Assembly: GCA_947426525.1 (NCBI GenBank)
Contig: CANEEJ010000003.1
Location: forward strand, 8,241 to 72,240
Reading direction: 5' to 3'
DNA length: 64,000 nt
Source of the DNA: an uncultured Clostridium sp.
GTDB lineage: Bacteria; Bacillota; Clostridia; TANB77; CAG-508
Numbering within the stretch: the stretch's first letter is position 1; each line of letters begins with the position of its first letter. The notes below the pieces were generated by a model. It made no database searches. It saw only the letters and a list, made by a program, of their open reading frames with translations, and was not told the origin of the DNA. Below are positions 33,172-42,413 of this stretch, piece by piece. A program made the position numbers and the translations under genes.

Positions 33172-33540
33172 TTAAGCTTCTACTTTTTCAGCAGCTTCTT
33201 TTTTTGCTGTTGTTGCTGCTTTTTTAGCAGCTGTTTTAATAGCAGTAATTTCTACTTTTGTGTATGGTTGTCTATGTCCTTGTTTTCTTCTATAGTTCTT
33301 TTTAGGTTTCATTTTGAAAACAATGATTTTTTTCGCTTTACCATGAGAAACTACTTTTCCTTCTACTTTGATACCTTTCACATAAGGATTTCCAACTTGT
33401 ACTTTTCCTTCTTCAGATACTAAAATTACTTTGTCAAATGTAATTTTTTTACCTTCCTCTGCATCTAATTTTTCAAAAAATACAACATCTCCTTCTGCTA
33501 CTTTGTATTGTTTTCCACAGCTTTCAATGATTGCGTACAT
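33172..33540 (-). CDS. rplU: 50S ribosomal protein L21 with a Lys/Ala-rich C-terminal tail
   Basis: [25 protein letters not shown]... Confidence 0.95.
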   Translation of the reverse strand: MYAIIESCGKQYKVAEGDVVFFEKLDAEEGKKITFDKVILVSEEGKVQVGNPYVKGIKVEGKVVSHGKAKKIIVFKMKPKKNYRRKQGHRQPYTKVEITAIKTAAKKAATTAKKEAAEKVEA

Positions 33541-33659
33541 TTAAAATGCACCTCCCTTATTTGTATACTCGCTAATCCTTATTTTTCAGGCAATTAACTT
33601 TTAGTTAATATTTAGGTGCCTTGACTAAGCGGATTACAGTTATCAATTTTAACATATTC

Positions 33660-34238
33660 TTAGTCTTTTGTCAATTGTTTTTTCAAATTTTCTAAGGCTC
33701 TTTTTCTGTGACTTATGCTGTTTTTTTCTTCTTGTGAGATTTCTGCATAAGTTTTTCCATTTTCTAATTCGAAAATCGGGTCAAATCCGAATCCTCTTTC
33801 TCCTCTTGGTTGTTGGGCTATTCTTCCTTCTATTTCGCCTTTTCCCACTATAAATTCCCCATTTTCACAATAGGTAACTACACATTTTACTCTTGCTTTT
33901 CGTTCTTCGCCATTTAATTCTTTCATTTTTTCTAAGATTGCTTCATTTTTTTGTTCGTTGGTTGCTCCTTCTCCCAAAAATCTTGCAGTATATACGCCTG
34001 GCCATCCATCAAAAGCATCAATGCATAGTCCACTATCATCTGCTATGCATGGCATATTAATTGCTTTTGCTATTTCTTCTGCTTTTTTCTTTGAATTCCC
34101 TTCAAAGGTTTCTTGGTCTTCTTCTACTTCTATTTCACAGCCTATGTCTTTTAGGGTTACTAACTCATAGTCTGTTAGGATTTCTTTTATTTCTTTTATT
34201 TTTCCTGGATTGTTGGTTGCTACTACTATTTTTTTCAT
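33660..34238 (-). CDS. rdgB: dITP/XTP pyrophosphatase (RdgB/HAM1 family)
   Basis: Motifs VVATNNPGKIKEI and GFGFDPIF. Confidence 0.9.
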   Translation of the reverse strand: MKKIVVATNNPGKIKEIKEILTDYELVTLKDIGCEIEVEEDQETFEGNSKKKAEEIAKAINMPCIADDSGLCIDAFDGWPGVYTARFLGEGATNEQKNEAILEKMKELNGEERKARVKCVVTYCENGEFIVGKGEIEGRIAQQPRGERGFGFDPIFELENGKTYAEISQEEKNSISHRKRALENLKKQLTKD

Positions 34239-34333
34239 TTTCTCTCTCCTTTTTCTTTTTGATTATAGTTGATATTTTGATAATTTTCAAGTAGCTACTA
34301 AAAGATTATGAGGTGGCAATGCCACCCCACTTT

Positions 34334-34633
34334 TCATTCTTTTGGAAAATACAGACAAACCAGGCATTTTTCTTTATACTTGGTAATTAATAAAGCTTCT
34401 TTTCCAGGGTGAAAATCATTCTTAAACTGAATCTCCTCACCATTTTGAATAAGCATTGTACCTTTTTTCCCCCATGCGTCTGCAATATCAAAAGTATTTA
34501 CTGTGCTAGATTCTACGTAAACGCCGATGTTTAGCCTTTCAACATTCTTTTGAAGCCAAACCCGGTTTTGGTATTCAATACTCTTGTTTCTTGCATCGTC
34601 TAATACTTTGATTACCCATGTTGTTTGATTCAT
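34334..34633 (-). CDS. Hypothetical protein (99 aa), island
   Basis: ORF with foreign composition and an in-frame CGG at 34564. Confidence 0.5.
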   Translation of the reverse strand: MNQTTWVIKVLDDARNKSIEYQNRVWLQKNVERLNIGVYVESSTVNTFDIADAWGKKGTMLIQNGEEIQFKNDFHPGKEALLITKYKEKCLVCLYFPKE

Positions 34634-34781
34634 AAGAACACCTCCAAATTTTTTATAACCTTATTATAACTAATTTTATGTCAATTGTCAACCATCTTAC
34701 GTATTTCAAAACATTCTCAATTATTAAAAGTGCTTAGAAACTTCCAAGCACTCTTTCTTTTTGAGCTTAACTGATAAAAAG

Positions 34782-35426
34782 TCACATATAGAAATCATTA
34801 ATTTTCGAACTCAATGACTTCATAAATTTCATAATTCGTTCCCTTTCTTTTCTGTCATCTTCTTCAAAAGCACCTGCTTCTTCAGCCTTTTGGAGTGCTT
34901 TATCAAAATCGGCATGTAGGGATTCTTTTAATTTTTCGAAATCAATTTCTTTCTTGCAGCGCCATTCTTCAAACTTTTCTTTTGCCCATTCTTCACATAC
35001 TTTTACATAACAAGGACCCATATAATATGAATATTGAAGTTGTTTTTCAGTATTATTGGTAGTCGCTTCTATCACAGCCTTTAAATATTTCTCTCGTATT
35101 TCTATTATTCTTTCATCTTCTATCGTCTGTAAAGAATGATAACAAGAGCAAACGGCTTGTTTGTCTGTCGGTTTTCCTCTAGAACCATATTCTTTTTTTA
35201 GTTCCAGATTGGCAAAACAATTTAAAATAATTGTTTTTATAACGTTCGCCTCCCATTCTGGAAAGTCCTTCTGATTGCATACTCGAACTAACTCAGTTGC
35301 TGGTGCAATCCAATCGTAGTCAGATTTGCTATCTTCTAACACCCGATTATACAATTGCCTTGCTGTTAGTAAATGGATTTTACCATTCCATGCTTTGACT
35401 GCATACCTTTTTTCAAATAAACTCAT
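34782..35426 (-). CDS. Hypothetical protein (214 aa), island
   Basis: ORF with an in-frame CGG at 35345, several Cys residues and an acidic C-terminus. Confidence 0.5.
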   Translation of the reverse strand: MSLFEKRYAVKAWNGKIHLLTARQLYNRVLEDSKSDYDWIAPATELVRVCNQKDFPEWEANVIKTIILNCFANLELKKEYGSRGKPTDKQAVCSCYHSLQTIEDERIIEIREKYLKAVIEATTNNTEKQLQYSYYMGPCYVKVCEEWAKEKFEEWRCKKEIDFEKLKESLHADFDKALQKAEEAGAFEEDDRKERERIMKFMKSLSSKINDFYM

Positions 35427-35640
35427 TTTTTTCTCCTTTCTTGGCTGTTTACTGGTTCTATAAGATAAAACTAAGGAGTAAGTTTTCCTTACTCAATAGA
35501 GATTTAAGGAAATAAGTAATAGAAAAAGCAATTACTTATGTATTGGTATTATACTATTATTTTACATAATTTTCAAGTACTTAATAAAAAAAGCTTTTGC
35601 CATGTGCTATAAATAGCACATGGCATTGATAGTTTTGTAG

Positions 35641-37269
35641 TTATTTCGATAGCAATATTAATTTTGTTTGTTCACATAGTTCTCCTGAAAAGCATACCAT
35701 CTTTCTTTTTTGTGGATTTAGAATGATAGATAGAAAATCGCCAAATTGTTTCACAAAATCTTTGTGATTTTCTGTATCATGAATACTAAATCGAATTTCG
35801 GTATCTCCTGGATGACTATGAGCAAAACCTAAAAATTGAACCAATCCATATTCATCTCGATACACTTCATCTGACCTTGATGTATTCTCGTTTATAATGG
35901 AAACTTCGTCCATTATTTGTTTTATGCAAAAATCATCCATCGTTGCCATATTTCCAGCTCGATTATACAAAATAGTAGGAAATACATACTTAACTAGAAA
36001 AATATCTCCTAATTTGTTTCCCACTAATGCTGTTTGCTGTTCATATAAGTTAATAGGATGATGTTCTCCATAATGAAAACTGCCATGTAATTCTTTGGTT
36101 GCTTGTGGTGTAAAGATGACGGTTTTATCTGCTTCTCCTTTTGCTGGTTCCACAGTATAATGCTGCATTTTTCCATTTTTTTCAACCAACTGCTTTATGA
36201 TTGTTTCATAAGTTACTTCTTCTACTTTCTTCTGGCTGGCTTCTTTTTGGAAAATTTGCTTGTAACAAAATTGTGGTGTTTTTGTTTCGAAATCAAAAGT
36301 ATGAAAGCTATCTCCTTTACAATGCTTCCAATACTCACAGTTTTCACACTGTTTTGCTTTGGTTCGATTTGGGTTTCTATAAAACTCAAATTTTTTTTTC
36401 CAAACCTTGCAAAAATCATCTTTTAAAACATTACCTTGGATTAATTCTTTTCTTCTTGGAATATTCGGGCAGCCAAAGATATCTCCATTTGATAAGACTG
36501 ATGCTACTTGAATCCCTGTGTAACACTTAAATTTCTTTCCGGTTGGGTCTAATGTATTTTCCGTATTACCAAAATAATGTGTACAACTCCATATCACAGG
36601 AAGTGGTGAATTCAAATGTCTTTTCATAAAATCAAAAAGAAAGTAATAATCTTCTTGATTTAGCATTAAATTTGCATTTTCTTTGGCTCTACCAATTGGA
36701 TCAATTCCACTAATTCGAAGTGAATCAATTCCTAAATTGCTTAAAAACCGATATACTTCTGGCAACTCTAAAATATTGTTTTTGGTTGCAATGAAAGTAA
36801 CTTGGATATGTTCCACAAAATTGCTACTTTTAAGTTTTTCGATAGCAGTAACGATTTTATCAAAAGAACCTGGCACATGCCGAAATTCCTCATGAGTTTT
36901 TTTCATGCCATCTAAACTAATCGTAATGGTTGACATGTTTGTTTCTTTCATTTTCTTAATTACATCATCTGTAATTAACATGCCATTTGTTACCAGTCCC
37001 CACTTAAAGCCTAGCCTATTAGCATATCCTGTTATTTCAAACAGGTCTTTCCTCATAAGTGGCTCGCCACCTGTAATGTTTAGCATAATAGCTTTTGTTC
37101 CAAAATTTTTAGCCACATTATCTAACACTTTTTTGAAAGTATCTGGTGATAATTCGTCCTTCTTTCTAGCCGTGCACCTGCTACCACAGTGGTCGCAGAG
37201 TGCATTGCATCGGCTAGTTACTTCAAAAAAGAGCGTATGCAACGGATAATTACTACTTATGTTTTCCAT
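35641..37269 (-). CDS. Radical-SAM/SPASM(twitch)-type enzyme fused to a C-terminal JAB/MPN+ metallopeptidase domain
   Basis: CNALCDHC (CxxxCxxC), GGEPL and a Cys-rich auxiliary-cluster region (CENCEYWKHC). The C-terminal domain has YEQQTALVG ... HSHPGDTEIRFSIHD, a JAMM-like E...HxH...S..D motif. Confidence 0.75.
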   Translation of the reverse strand: MENISSNYPLHTLFFEVTSRCNALCDHCGSRCTARKKDELSPDTFKKVLDNVAKNFGTKAIMLNITGGEPLMRKDLFEITGYANRLGFKWGLVTNGMLITDDVIKKMKETNMSTITISLDGMKKTHEEFRHVPGSFDKIVTAIEKLKSSNFVEHIQVTFIATKNNILELPEVYRFLSNLGIDSLRISGIDPIGRAKENANLMLNQEDYYFLFDFMKRHLNSPLPVIWSCTHYFGNTENTLDPTGKKFKCYTGIQVASVLSNGDIFGCPNIPRRKELIQGNVLKDDFCKVWKKKFEFYRNPNRTKAKQCENCEYWKHCKGDSFHTFDFETKTPQFCYKQIFQKEASQKKVEEVTYETIIKQLVEKNGKMQHYTVEPAKGEADKTVIFTPQATKELHGSFHYGEHHPINLYEQQTALVGNKLGDIFLVKYVFPTILYNRAGNMATMDDFCIKQIMDEVSIINENTSRSDEVYRDEYGLVQFLGFAHSHPGDTEIRFSIHDTENHKDFVKQFGDFLSIILNPQKRKMVCFSGELCEQTKLILLSK

Positions 37270-37287
37270 ATGCTGCTCTCCTTTCGC

Positions 37288-37725
37288 TTACGTTAAATCA
37301 ATGGAACCTGTTGTTATCGTACTATCTTCCTCAGTATACTTTTCAGCCTGGTTAATCGCCTCTTCCACGCTTCTTGCCATAGGACAACCATATAAACATC
37401 TCATAGAGTAAATATCATCATATATAACCTCTCTTGTAAATGGTTCTGGCTCTCCTTTTCGGATGTAAATTAGGCTGTTATCTTTGATACCTAATTCCTC
37501 TATTGAGCGATACTCATCTGTACAGATTTCTCTTAGCTCCTGCTTATTGTCATTTTCTAAGTATACTTTAGTGGTAACATAAGTACTTTGATACGACGAG
37601 ATATGTCCTAAGTCCCGAAGCTGTGCTTTCAATTCTACTTCATTGATACCTGCTAAAATATTTACTCGTGTATATTTCCTCCGATCAAAAGTCACATATA
37701 CTGGTATTGTTTTTCTTGTTGCCAT
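37288..37725 (-). CDS. Small ubiquitin-like (beta-grasp-like) protein 1 with a 60-aa C-terminal extension containing CLYGC
   Basis: 145 aa, paralogous to 38000..38344. The segment YRSIEELGIKDNSLIYIRKG resembles the ubiquitin C-terminal strand and tail. Confidence 0.55.
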   Translation of the reverse strand: MATRKTIPVYVTFDRRKYTRVNILAGINEVELKAQLRDLGHISSYQSTYVTTKVYLENDNKQELREICTDEYRSIEELGIKDNSLIYIRKGEPEPFTREVIYDDIYSMRCLYGCPMARSVEEAINQAEKYTEEDSTITTGSIDLT

Positions 37726-37880
37726 AATGATACTCCTTTCCTATTGGATTTAATGTTTTATTGCTATTAAAAACTACCCTCCTTTTTGAGTTTTACTAGA
37801 TAAGTAATAACTCTTTTTACGAAATTCATTTGTTATGAATTTTATGTAACCATTTTATATGTTTTTAGTGCTTTTGTCAA
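37726..37880 (-). promoter_or_regulatory. Promoter (TTGACA-17-TAAAAT, 37880..37852) plus ~125-nt structured 5' leader, duplicated copy 1
   Basis: Consensus -35 and -10 boxes. The leader has hairpins AAATTCAT/ATGAATTT and GAGTT..AACTC. About 72 nt are ~99% identical to the copy at 38345..38499. Confidence 0.6.
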
Positions 37881-37957
37881 TATTTTTCCCCTTTCATATA
37901 TATACCTCCACTACGGACTTTCACCGATTAGTTAAACAACATGCCTGTCGTACTATA

Positions 37958-37990
37958 AAAACCGATGAATTATAAAAAATCATCGGTTTC
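37958..37990 (-). terminator. Intrinsic terminator after Ubl gene 2 (AAACCGATGA / TCATCGGTTT plus T-run)
   Basis: 10-bp stem, AT-rich loop and a T-run on the minus strand. Confidence 0.65.
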
Positions 37991-37999
37991 AGTCATTAT

Positions 38000-38344
38000 T
38001 TAATCAAGTTTTACAAACACTGTTTTATAGGTTCTTTTTTTCCACATTGGTGTTGTTCCTATTCCTCTAGCATAAATTACACTGTTGGGCATAATTTCCC
38101 ATTCTTTTATAGAACGATAGTCATAGTTACTAATTTCTTTTTGTCCACCTTCTGTATTGTAATATAGTTTTACGGTAGGTGACTTTGAAATATACCCTGC
38201 TTCTTCAAGCATACTTCTTAATTGCATGCCATTTACATCCACTGATATTTCTATGGGACCATATTTTTTCCCATTAGCCATTACATATAGTGGAATACAA
38301 TATACTCCATTTTTGTTTTTCCGTGCAAAATACGCTTTTGCCAT
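38000..38344 (-). CDS. Small ubiquitin-like (beta-grasp-like) protein 2
   Basis: 114 aa, ~30% identical to 37288..37725 (IPLYV, LRSMLEEAGYIS, YRSIKEWEI, NSVIYARGIG). In-frame CGG at 38323. Confidence 0.55.
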   Translation of the reverse strand: MAKAYFARKNKNGVYCIPLYVMANGKKYGPIEISVDVNGMQLRSMLEEAGYISKSPTVKLYYNTEGGQKEISNYDYRSIKEWEIMPNSVIYARGIGTTPMWKKRTYKTVFVKLD

Positions 38345-38499
38345 AATGATACTCCTTTCATTTTTGAATTAATGTTTTGTTGTTACAAAAAACTATCCTT
38401 CTTTTTGAGTTTTACTAGATAAGTAATGACTCTTTTTACGAAATTCATTTGTTATGAATTTTATGTAACTATTATATATACTTTTGAAGATATTGTCAA
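38345..38499 (-). promoter_or_regulatory. Promoter (TTGACA-17-TATAAT, 38499..38471) plus conserved 5' leader, duplicated copy 2
   Basis: Same architecture and near-identical leader core as 37726..37880. Confidence 0.6.
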
Positions 38500-38621
38500 T
38501 CTTTTTATTTAGAAATCAAATTCTCAAAAATGCGTTGCAGTAAAAAAATAAATATGCTACACTATGTATATCGTAAACACAGTGTTATTTATACTAAAAA
38601 TTATAATTTTATGGAGGACTA

Positions 38622-39990
38622 ATGATGAATGATATAAAAAACAAATTAACAAATAAAAGTCGGTATAACGCTTATAGCACTTGTAATTACAATTATTATT
38701 CTAATAATTCTTGCAGGAATCTCTATCTATATGTTATTTGGACAAAATGGGCTAATCTCTAAGTCAAGTACTGCTTCCATAGAACAGAAAAAAGCAGAAT
38801 ATTTTGAGGAAATACAAATAGAAATAGCAGATGAGCAAATAGAAAGATATGAAAAATACAAAGATACTTCATTTATAACAAGCCTATCGATTAGATTATC
38901 ACCCAAAAATAAAACTTGGATAGCTTCCTCCTTAAAATGTGCTGAAGAAAATGGTGGTTTTGAAGAAAAACCTAATGATTATGAAAACAATATATTACTA
39001 ATAACAACAAAAGAAGATTATGAAATAGTAATAGATATAGAAAACAATAAATTAATAGCCTCAATAAGAGAGGATAGTTATAGAAAAGCAAGAAAACAAT
39101 ATACTGTCACATATGATGCAAATTCGGGATTTGGAACTGTTGAATCCCAACAAACAAAACAAGGATTTAATATCATATTAAGAGAAAACGCATTTTTAAA
39201 AGATGATTTTTCATTTGTTGGATGGTCTAAAAATAAAGATGCTATTGATGGAGATGAAGAAATATATTCTGCAGGAAGTAGTATAATAATAGAAAATGAT
39301 ATAATCTTATATGCCATATGGAAAAAAGAAACATATACAATAGAATTTAATGAAAATGGCGGAATGGGAACAATGGCCCCAATAAAAGTTGCTAAAGGAT
39401 TAAGTACAAAATTAACGCAAAATACATTTTCAAGAATAGATTATAATTTCAAAGAATGGAATACCCAAGCTGATGAGAGCGGAGAAAATTATAAGGATGG
39501 TGAAATACTAATTCCTTCTATAGATATGACTTTATTTGCAATATGGGAACCTAAGATATATCAATGGAAAAAATATAAAGTACTTACCAAAACAGTTTAT
39601 ACAAGTTCAGAACTTAGTGGTACATCTATGAGAATTTCTAGTGGTAGCTTTGATTGCTATTCTAATTATACATTTTCAGAAACATCTGGATATGTAATGA
39701 CTGACTATATTGGACGTTATGTAGTTGATACTACAACAGATTTAGACAAATATATAGGAAGTTATGCATTTTTTTCATATGCACAGTACAGTAACTGCTT
39801 ATGGAAAGTTATAAGTGTTGAATCTAATAGATTGAGATTTCAATTAATGGCTTCGCAATCTTCTAGTAGTAAAACAGAAGAAGAATTTGTTGAAATTGTA
39901 GAAACTAATTCAAGAAACTTTTATGTAGAGAACCAAGTATATTATGAAAATTCAAATAGATATAAATACAAATATATTGGAGAAAAATAA
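38622..39990 (+). CDS. Pilin-like N-terminal anchor protein with two Listeria-Bacteroides (Flg_new) repeats; a +1 shift at in-frame CGG (38661..38663) joins the start to ORF 38731..39990
   Basis: GGAGGA RBS, then ATG...MMNDIKNKLTNKS and AGT CGG TAT. Skipping the C gives GITLIALVITIIILIILAGISIYMLFGQNGLISK, a typical prepilin-like hydrophobic N-terminus. Repeats YTVTYDANSGFG...GWSKN and YTIEFNENGGMG...FKEWNT follow. Confidence 0.8.
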
Positions 39991-40055
39991 TAATACATTG
40001 ATGTCTACACAAAATTTTAAAATATAGAAAATTCTCTTTCATTAGCTAAGAAAAA

Positions 40056-40080
40056 GGAGTAGTAGCTTTGCTATTACTCC
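40056..40080. terminator. Bidirectional hairpin GGAGTAGTAGC-TTT-GCTATTACTCC between convergent genes
   Basis: 11-bp stem with 1 mismatch, flanked by A-run and T-run. Confidence 0.55.
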
Positions 40081-40781
40081 TTTTCCATCCATTCATTCAT
40101 AAATTTTATTTCTTTTCCATCTTTAGTTACTGCAATTAAAACATCGCTAGAATTAGTTTTTATATCAACTACATTTTCTAAGTCTTTAATTTTTCCATTT
40201 ACTTTAAATGTTGAAGGTACCGTATACTTGTTATTAATTATCATTTCTATTGGTTGGATATATTCAACAGTTCCATCTTCCATTATAAAAAAGGTTATAG
40301 GATTTACACCTGTTCCATAATTTCCTTGATACATTTTGTTTATTTTACTGGATAATCCAGTTACTGTACAATTTTTTGAAGTAATATTCACATTGGTACC
40401 ACCAATAATAGTTCTTAACTCACTTTCATTGATAGCTAATTTCACTTCATTATTTGAATATAATGTAATCGTATAACCTAGGCCTGTTAATATTTGTTTT
40501 TCAGTTACTGCTGTAATATTCGACTTATTTTCTTCTGTTCTTTCATTATCTAATTTAGTATTATTGTTGGTATCTGTTATTTTATTAATTTTTTCTTGTA
40601 AGTTATCCATTGAATTTTCTAATTTTGCAACCTGATTATTTAATTCGCTTACTTTTTCTGTTGCCTTTGTTTTGTCATCATTTAATTTAAAAATGAAATA
40701 CCCCATAACACATATAACAATAATTGCAAGAATTAAGAAAAACGTTGATAAACTTATTTTTATAACTTTCTTTTCTTCCAT
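40074..40781 (-). CDS. Membrane-anchored hypothetical protein (N-terminal TM, coiled coil)
   Basis: 235 aa; one TM helix (FFLILAIIVICVMGYFIF) followed by a coiled-coil region. Confidence 0.5.
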   Translation of the reverse strand: MEEKKVIKISLSTFFLILAIIVICVMGYFIFKLNDDKTKATEKVSELNNQVAKLENSMDNLQEKINKITDTNNNTKLDNERTEENKSNITAVTEKQILTGLGYTITLYSNNEVKLAINESELRTIIGGTNVNITSKNCTVTGLSSKINKMYQGNYGTGVNPITFFIMEDGTVEYIQPIEMIINNKYTVPSTFKVNGKIKDLENVVDIKTNSSDVLIAVTKDGKEIKFMNEWMEKE

Positions 40782-40859
40782 ACTTTTCTCTCCTTTTTCT
40801 TTTGTATTACTTTTTGCAAATTTATGATATCATATTCGTTTTTATTTGACAATATTTTG

Positions 40860-42014
40860 TTATAAAAACTTCTTATTTTCTAATTTTATATCAATGTTTA
40901 TAACAATCGTAGAAACTATTGATAAGATAAATATCACATAAAATACATTTTCTCCAACAAATCCTGCTATAAAAGCTAATAATGCAAATACTAAAACCTC
41001 TGTAAAGCATAAACTCATTTGTCCAACTGCAGATAACAATTCATTATCTTCTTTTGATTCTTTAATAATATTTTGAATTGATGTCTGTATTGAAGTTTCA
41101 TAAACCTTTGAAACATTATCGCTAACTGCTTTATTTATAGATATTATAAATTTATCTTTTACAAATAGATATATTAGTGTAATACTAGATTTTATTATTG
41201 TAACTAAATTATTTGATTTTTTTATGTCTTTATCAGTATATTTTCCTATTAAAATAATCGTTATAACTTGAAATAATAATGATACTATAGTAACTACTGA
41301 AAATGTTTTAAAGTCTTGTAATAATAAGTATAAATACAAAGGAACAAATTGCCTTTCTATTATATGATTCGTTCTTAGTGCATATATAATCTTATATTTG
41401 TTCTTACTATGTATTAAGTATTTTATACTAGATTTGAAAACACTTGATTTTTTTTCTGGTTTGTAATCTATTTTTAATATTGCAAGATATTGTAATAAAA
41501 AGAAAACGGTAAGCACAACAAATAAAATTAATGTTTTATTACTTATTACTCCCCAAGCTACTAAACAACTTGCTAAAACGGTTCCTAATATTTTACTTAT
41601 ACTATAGAAACTATTAAATCTCCCTCTATGCTTACTTTCTACATATTTACTAGATAATGCATCTGACGATGGATTAGATAGACCATTTAAGCCCATTACT
41701 ATTACAAATATAATAATATTTGCTGATAAATTTTGATTTACTAATATAAAATACGCATATATAATATTAAATAAATTTGAAATTAGTATACATTTTGCTA
41801 TTCCTATTTTACTTGATATTGTTACAAATGCTGGTGTTATTAGTCCCATAATAAGAAATCTTATACCATATATTAATAATATTAGATATATGGGCAATCC
41901 CGCTTTATAAAGCATAACTGTTCCAAATGTTTCACTTAAAGCGTTTGCAAAATTATAAAAAAATATACTTAAATACATATATTTATACTCTTTTTTGTAA
42001 AAATATTCCTTCAT
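40860..42014 (-). CDS. Polytopic membrane transporter, MFS-like
   Basis: 384 aa with ~12 hydrophobic helices. No diagnostic motif was confirmed. Confidence 0.5.
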   Translation of the reverse strand: MKEYFYKKEYKYMYLSIFFYNFANALSETFGTVMLYKAGLPIYLILLIYGIRFLIMGLITPAFVTISSKIGIAKCILISNLFNIIYAYFILVNQNLSANIIIFVIVMGLNGLSNPSSDALSSKYVESKHRGRFNSFYSISKILGTVLASCLVAWGVISNKTLILFVVLTVFFLLQYLAILKIDYKPEKKSSVFKSSIKYLIHSKNKYKIIYALRTNHIIERQFVPLYLYLLLQDFKTFSVVTIVSLLFQVITIILIGKYTDKDIKKSNNLVTIIKSSITLIYLFVKDKFIISINKAVSDNVSKVYETSIQTSIQNIIKESKEDNELLSAVGQMSLCFTEVLVFALLAFIAGFVGENVFYVIFILSIVSTIVINIDIKLENKKFL

Positions 42015-42163
42015 TTATTACTCCTAATACTCTTTTAAAATTTTTTATACATTGTATCATTATTTTAATCACAATTCAAATTTGTTAGACATCCAGAAAA
42101 TCAAACAAAATTCAGATAAAAAAATAGACTTATCAAAAGCTCTAAAAGTCTTGATAAGTCTAT

Positions 42164-42251
42164 TGGTGCAGATGGCCGGAATCGAACCGGCACGGTTTAT
42201 TCAACCGCAGGATTTTAAGTCCTGTGCGTCTACCAGTTCCGCCACATCTGC
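42164..42251 (-). tRNA. tRNA-Leu (anticodon UAA), class II with long variable arm, CCA encoded
   Basis: Reverse complement GCAGATGTGGCGGAACTGGTAGACGCACAGGACTTAAAATCCTGCGGTTGAATAAACCGTGCCGGTTCGATTCCGGCCATCTGCACCA folds as a cloverleaf. Anticodon loop is CTTAAAA and the T-loop is GGTTCGATTCC. Confidence 0.9.
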
Positions 42252-42289
42252 ATAAATATTGAACTGGCTATCGATTAACGACAATTGAT

Positions 42290-42318
42290 ATTATAATATG
42301 ACGTATTGTTTTTGTCAA
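42290..42318 (-). promoter_or_regulatory. Consensus sigma-70-type promoter TTGACA-17-TATAAT driving tRNA-Leu
   Basis: Perfect hexamers with a 17-nt spacer, ~35 nt upstream of the tRNA 5' end. Confidence 0.65.
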
Positions 42319-42413
42319 TACATTTATCAAAATTTTTAAAAATAATTTAAAATCCAGTCAAGTTTTGCTTTTCAAGTATACTCGTCTGTCTTCCCTGACT
42401 GGACTTTTGATTA

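Larger units (their letters stand above)
34290..38500. other. GC-richer accessory segment (five minus-strand genes) with ordinary in-frame CGG usage; no integrase or transposase
   Basis: Visibly higher G+C than the flanks. It holds 7 in-frame CGG codons in ~1100 codons, versus none read in the 0-frame in backbone genes. Confidence 0.7.

Noticed and set aside
33541-33659. Ribosomal L21 leader RNA upstream of rplU
   Set aside because: A 119-nt untranslated region exists, but I could not identify a convincing conserved structure by eye. It is left unannotated.
34290-42251. tRNA-associated integrative element or prophage explaining the GC-richer island
   Set aside because: No integrase, recombinase, phage structural gene or direct repeat of the tRNA 3' end was seen. 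The tRNA-Leu is ~4 kb from the island, with backbone-type genes in between.
42052-42255. 67-aa ORF overlapping the tRNA-Leu locus
   Set aside because: The sequence folds into a canonical class-II tRNA on the opposite strand, and the ORF is its shadow.
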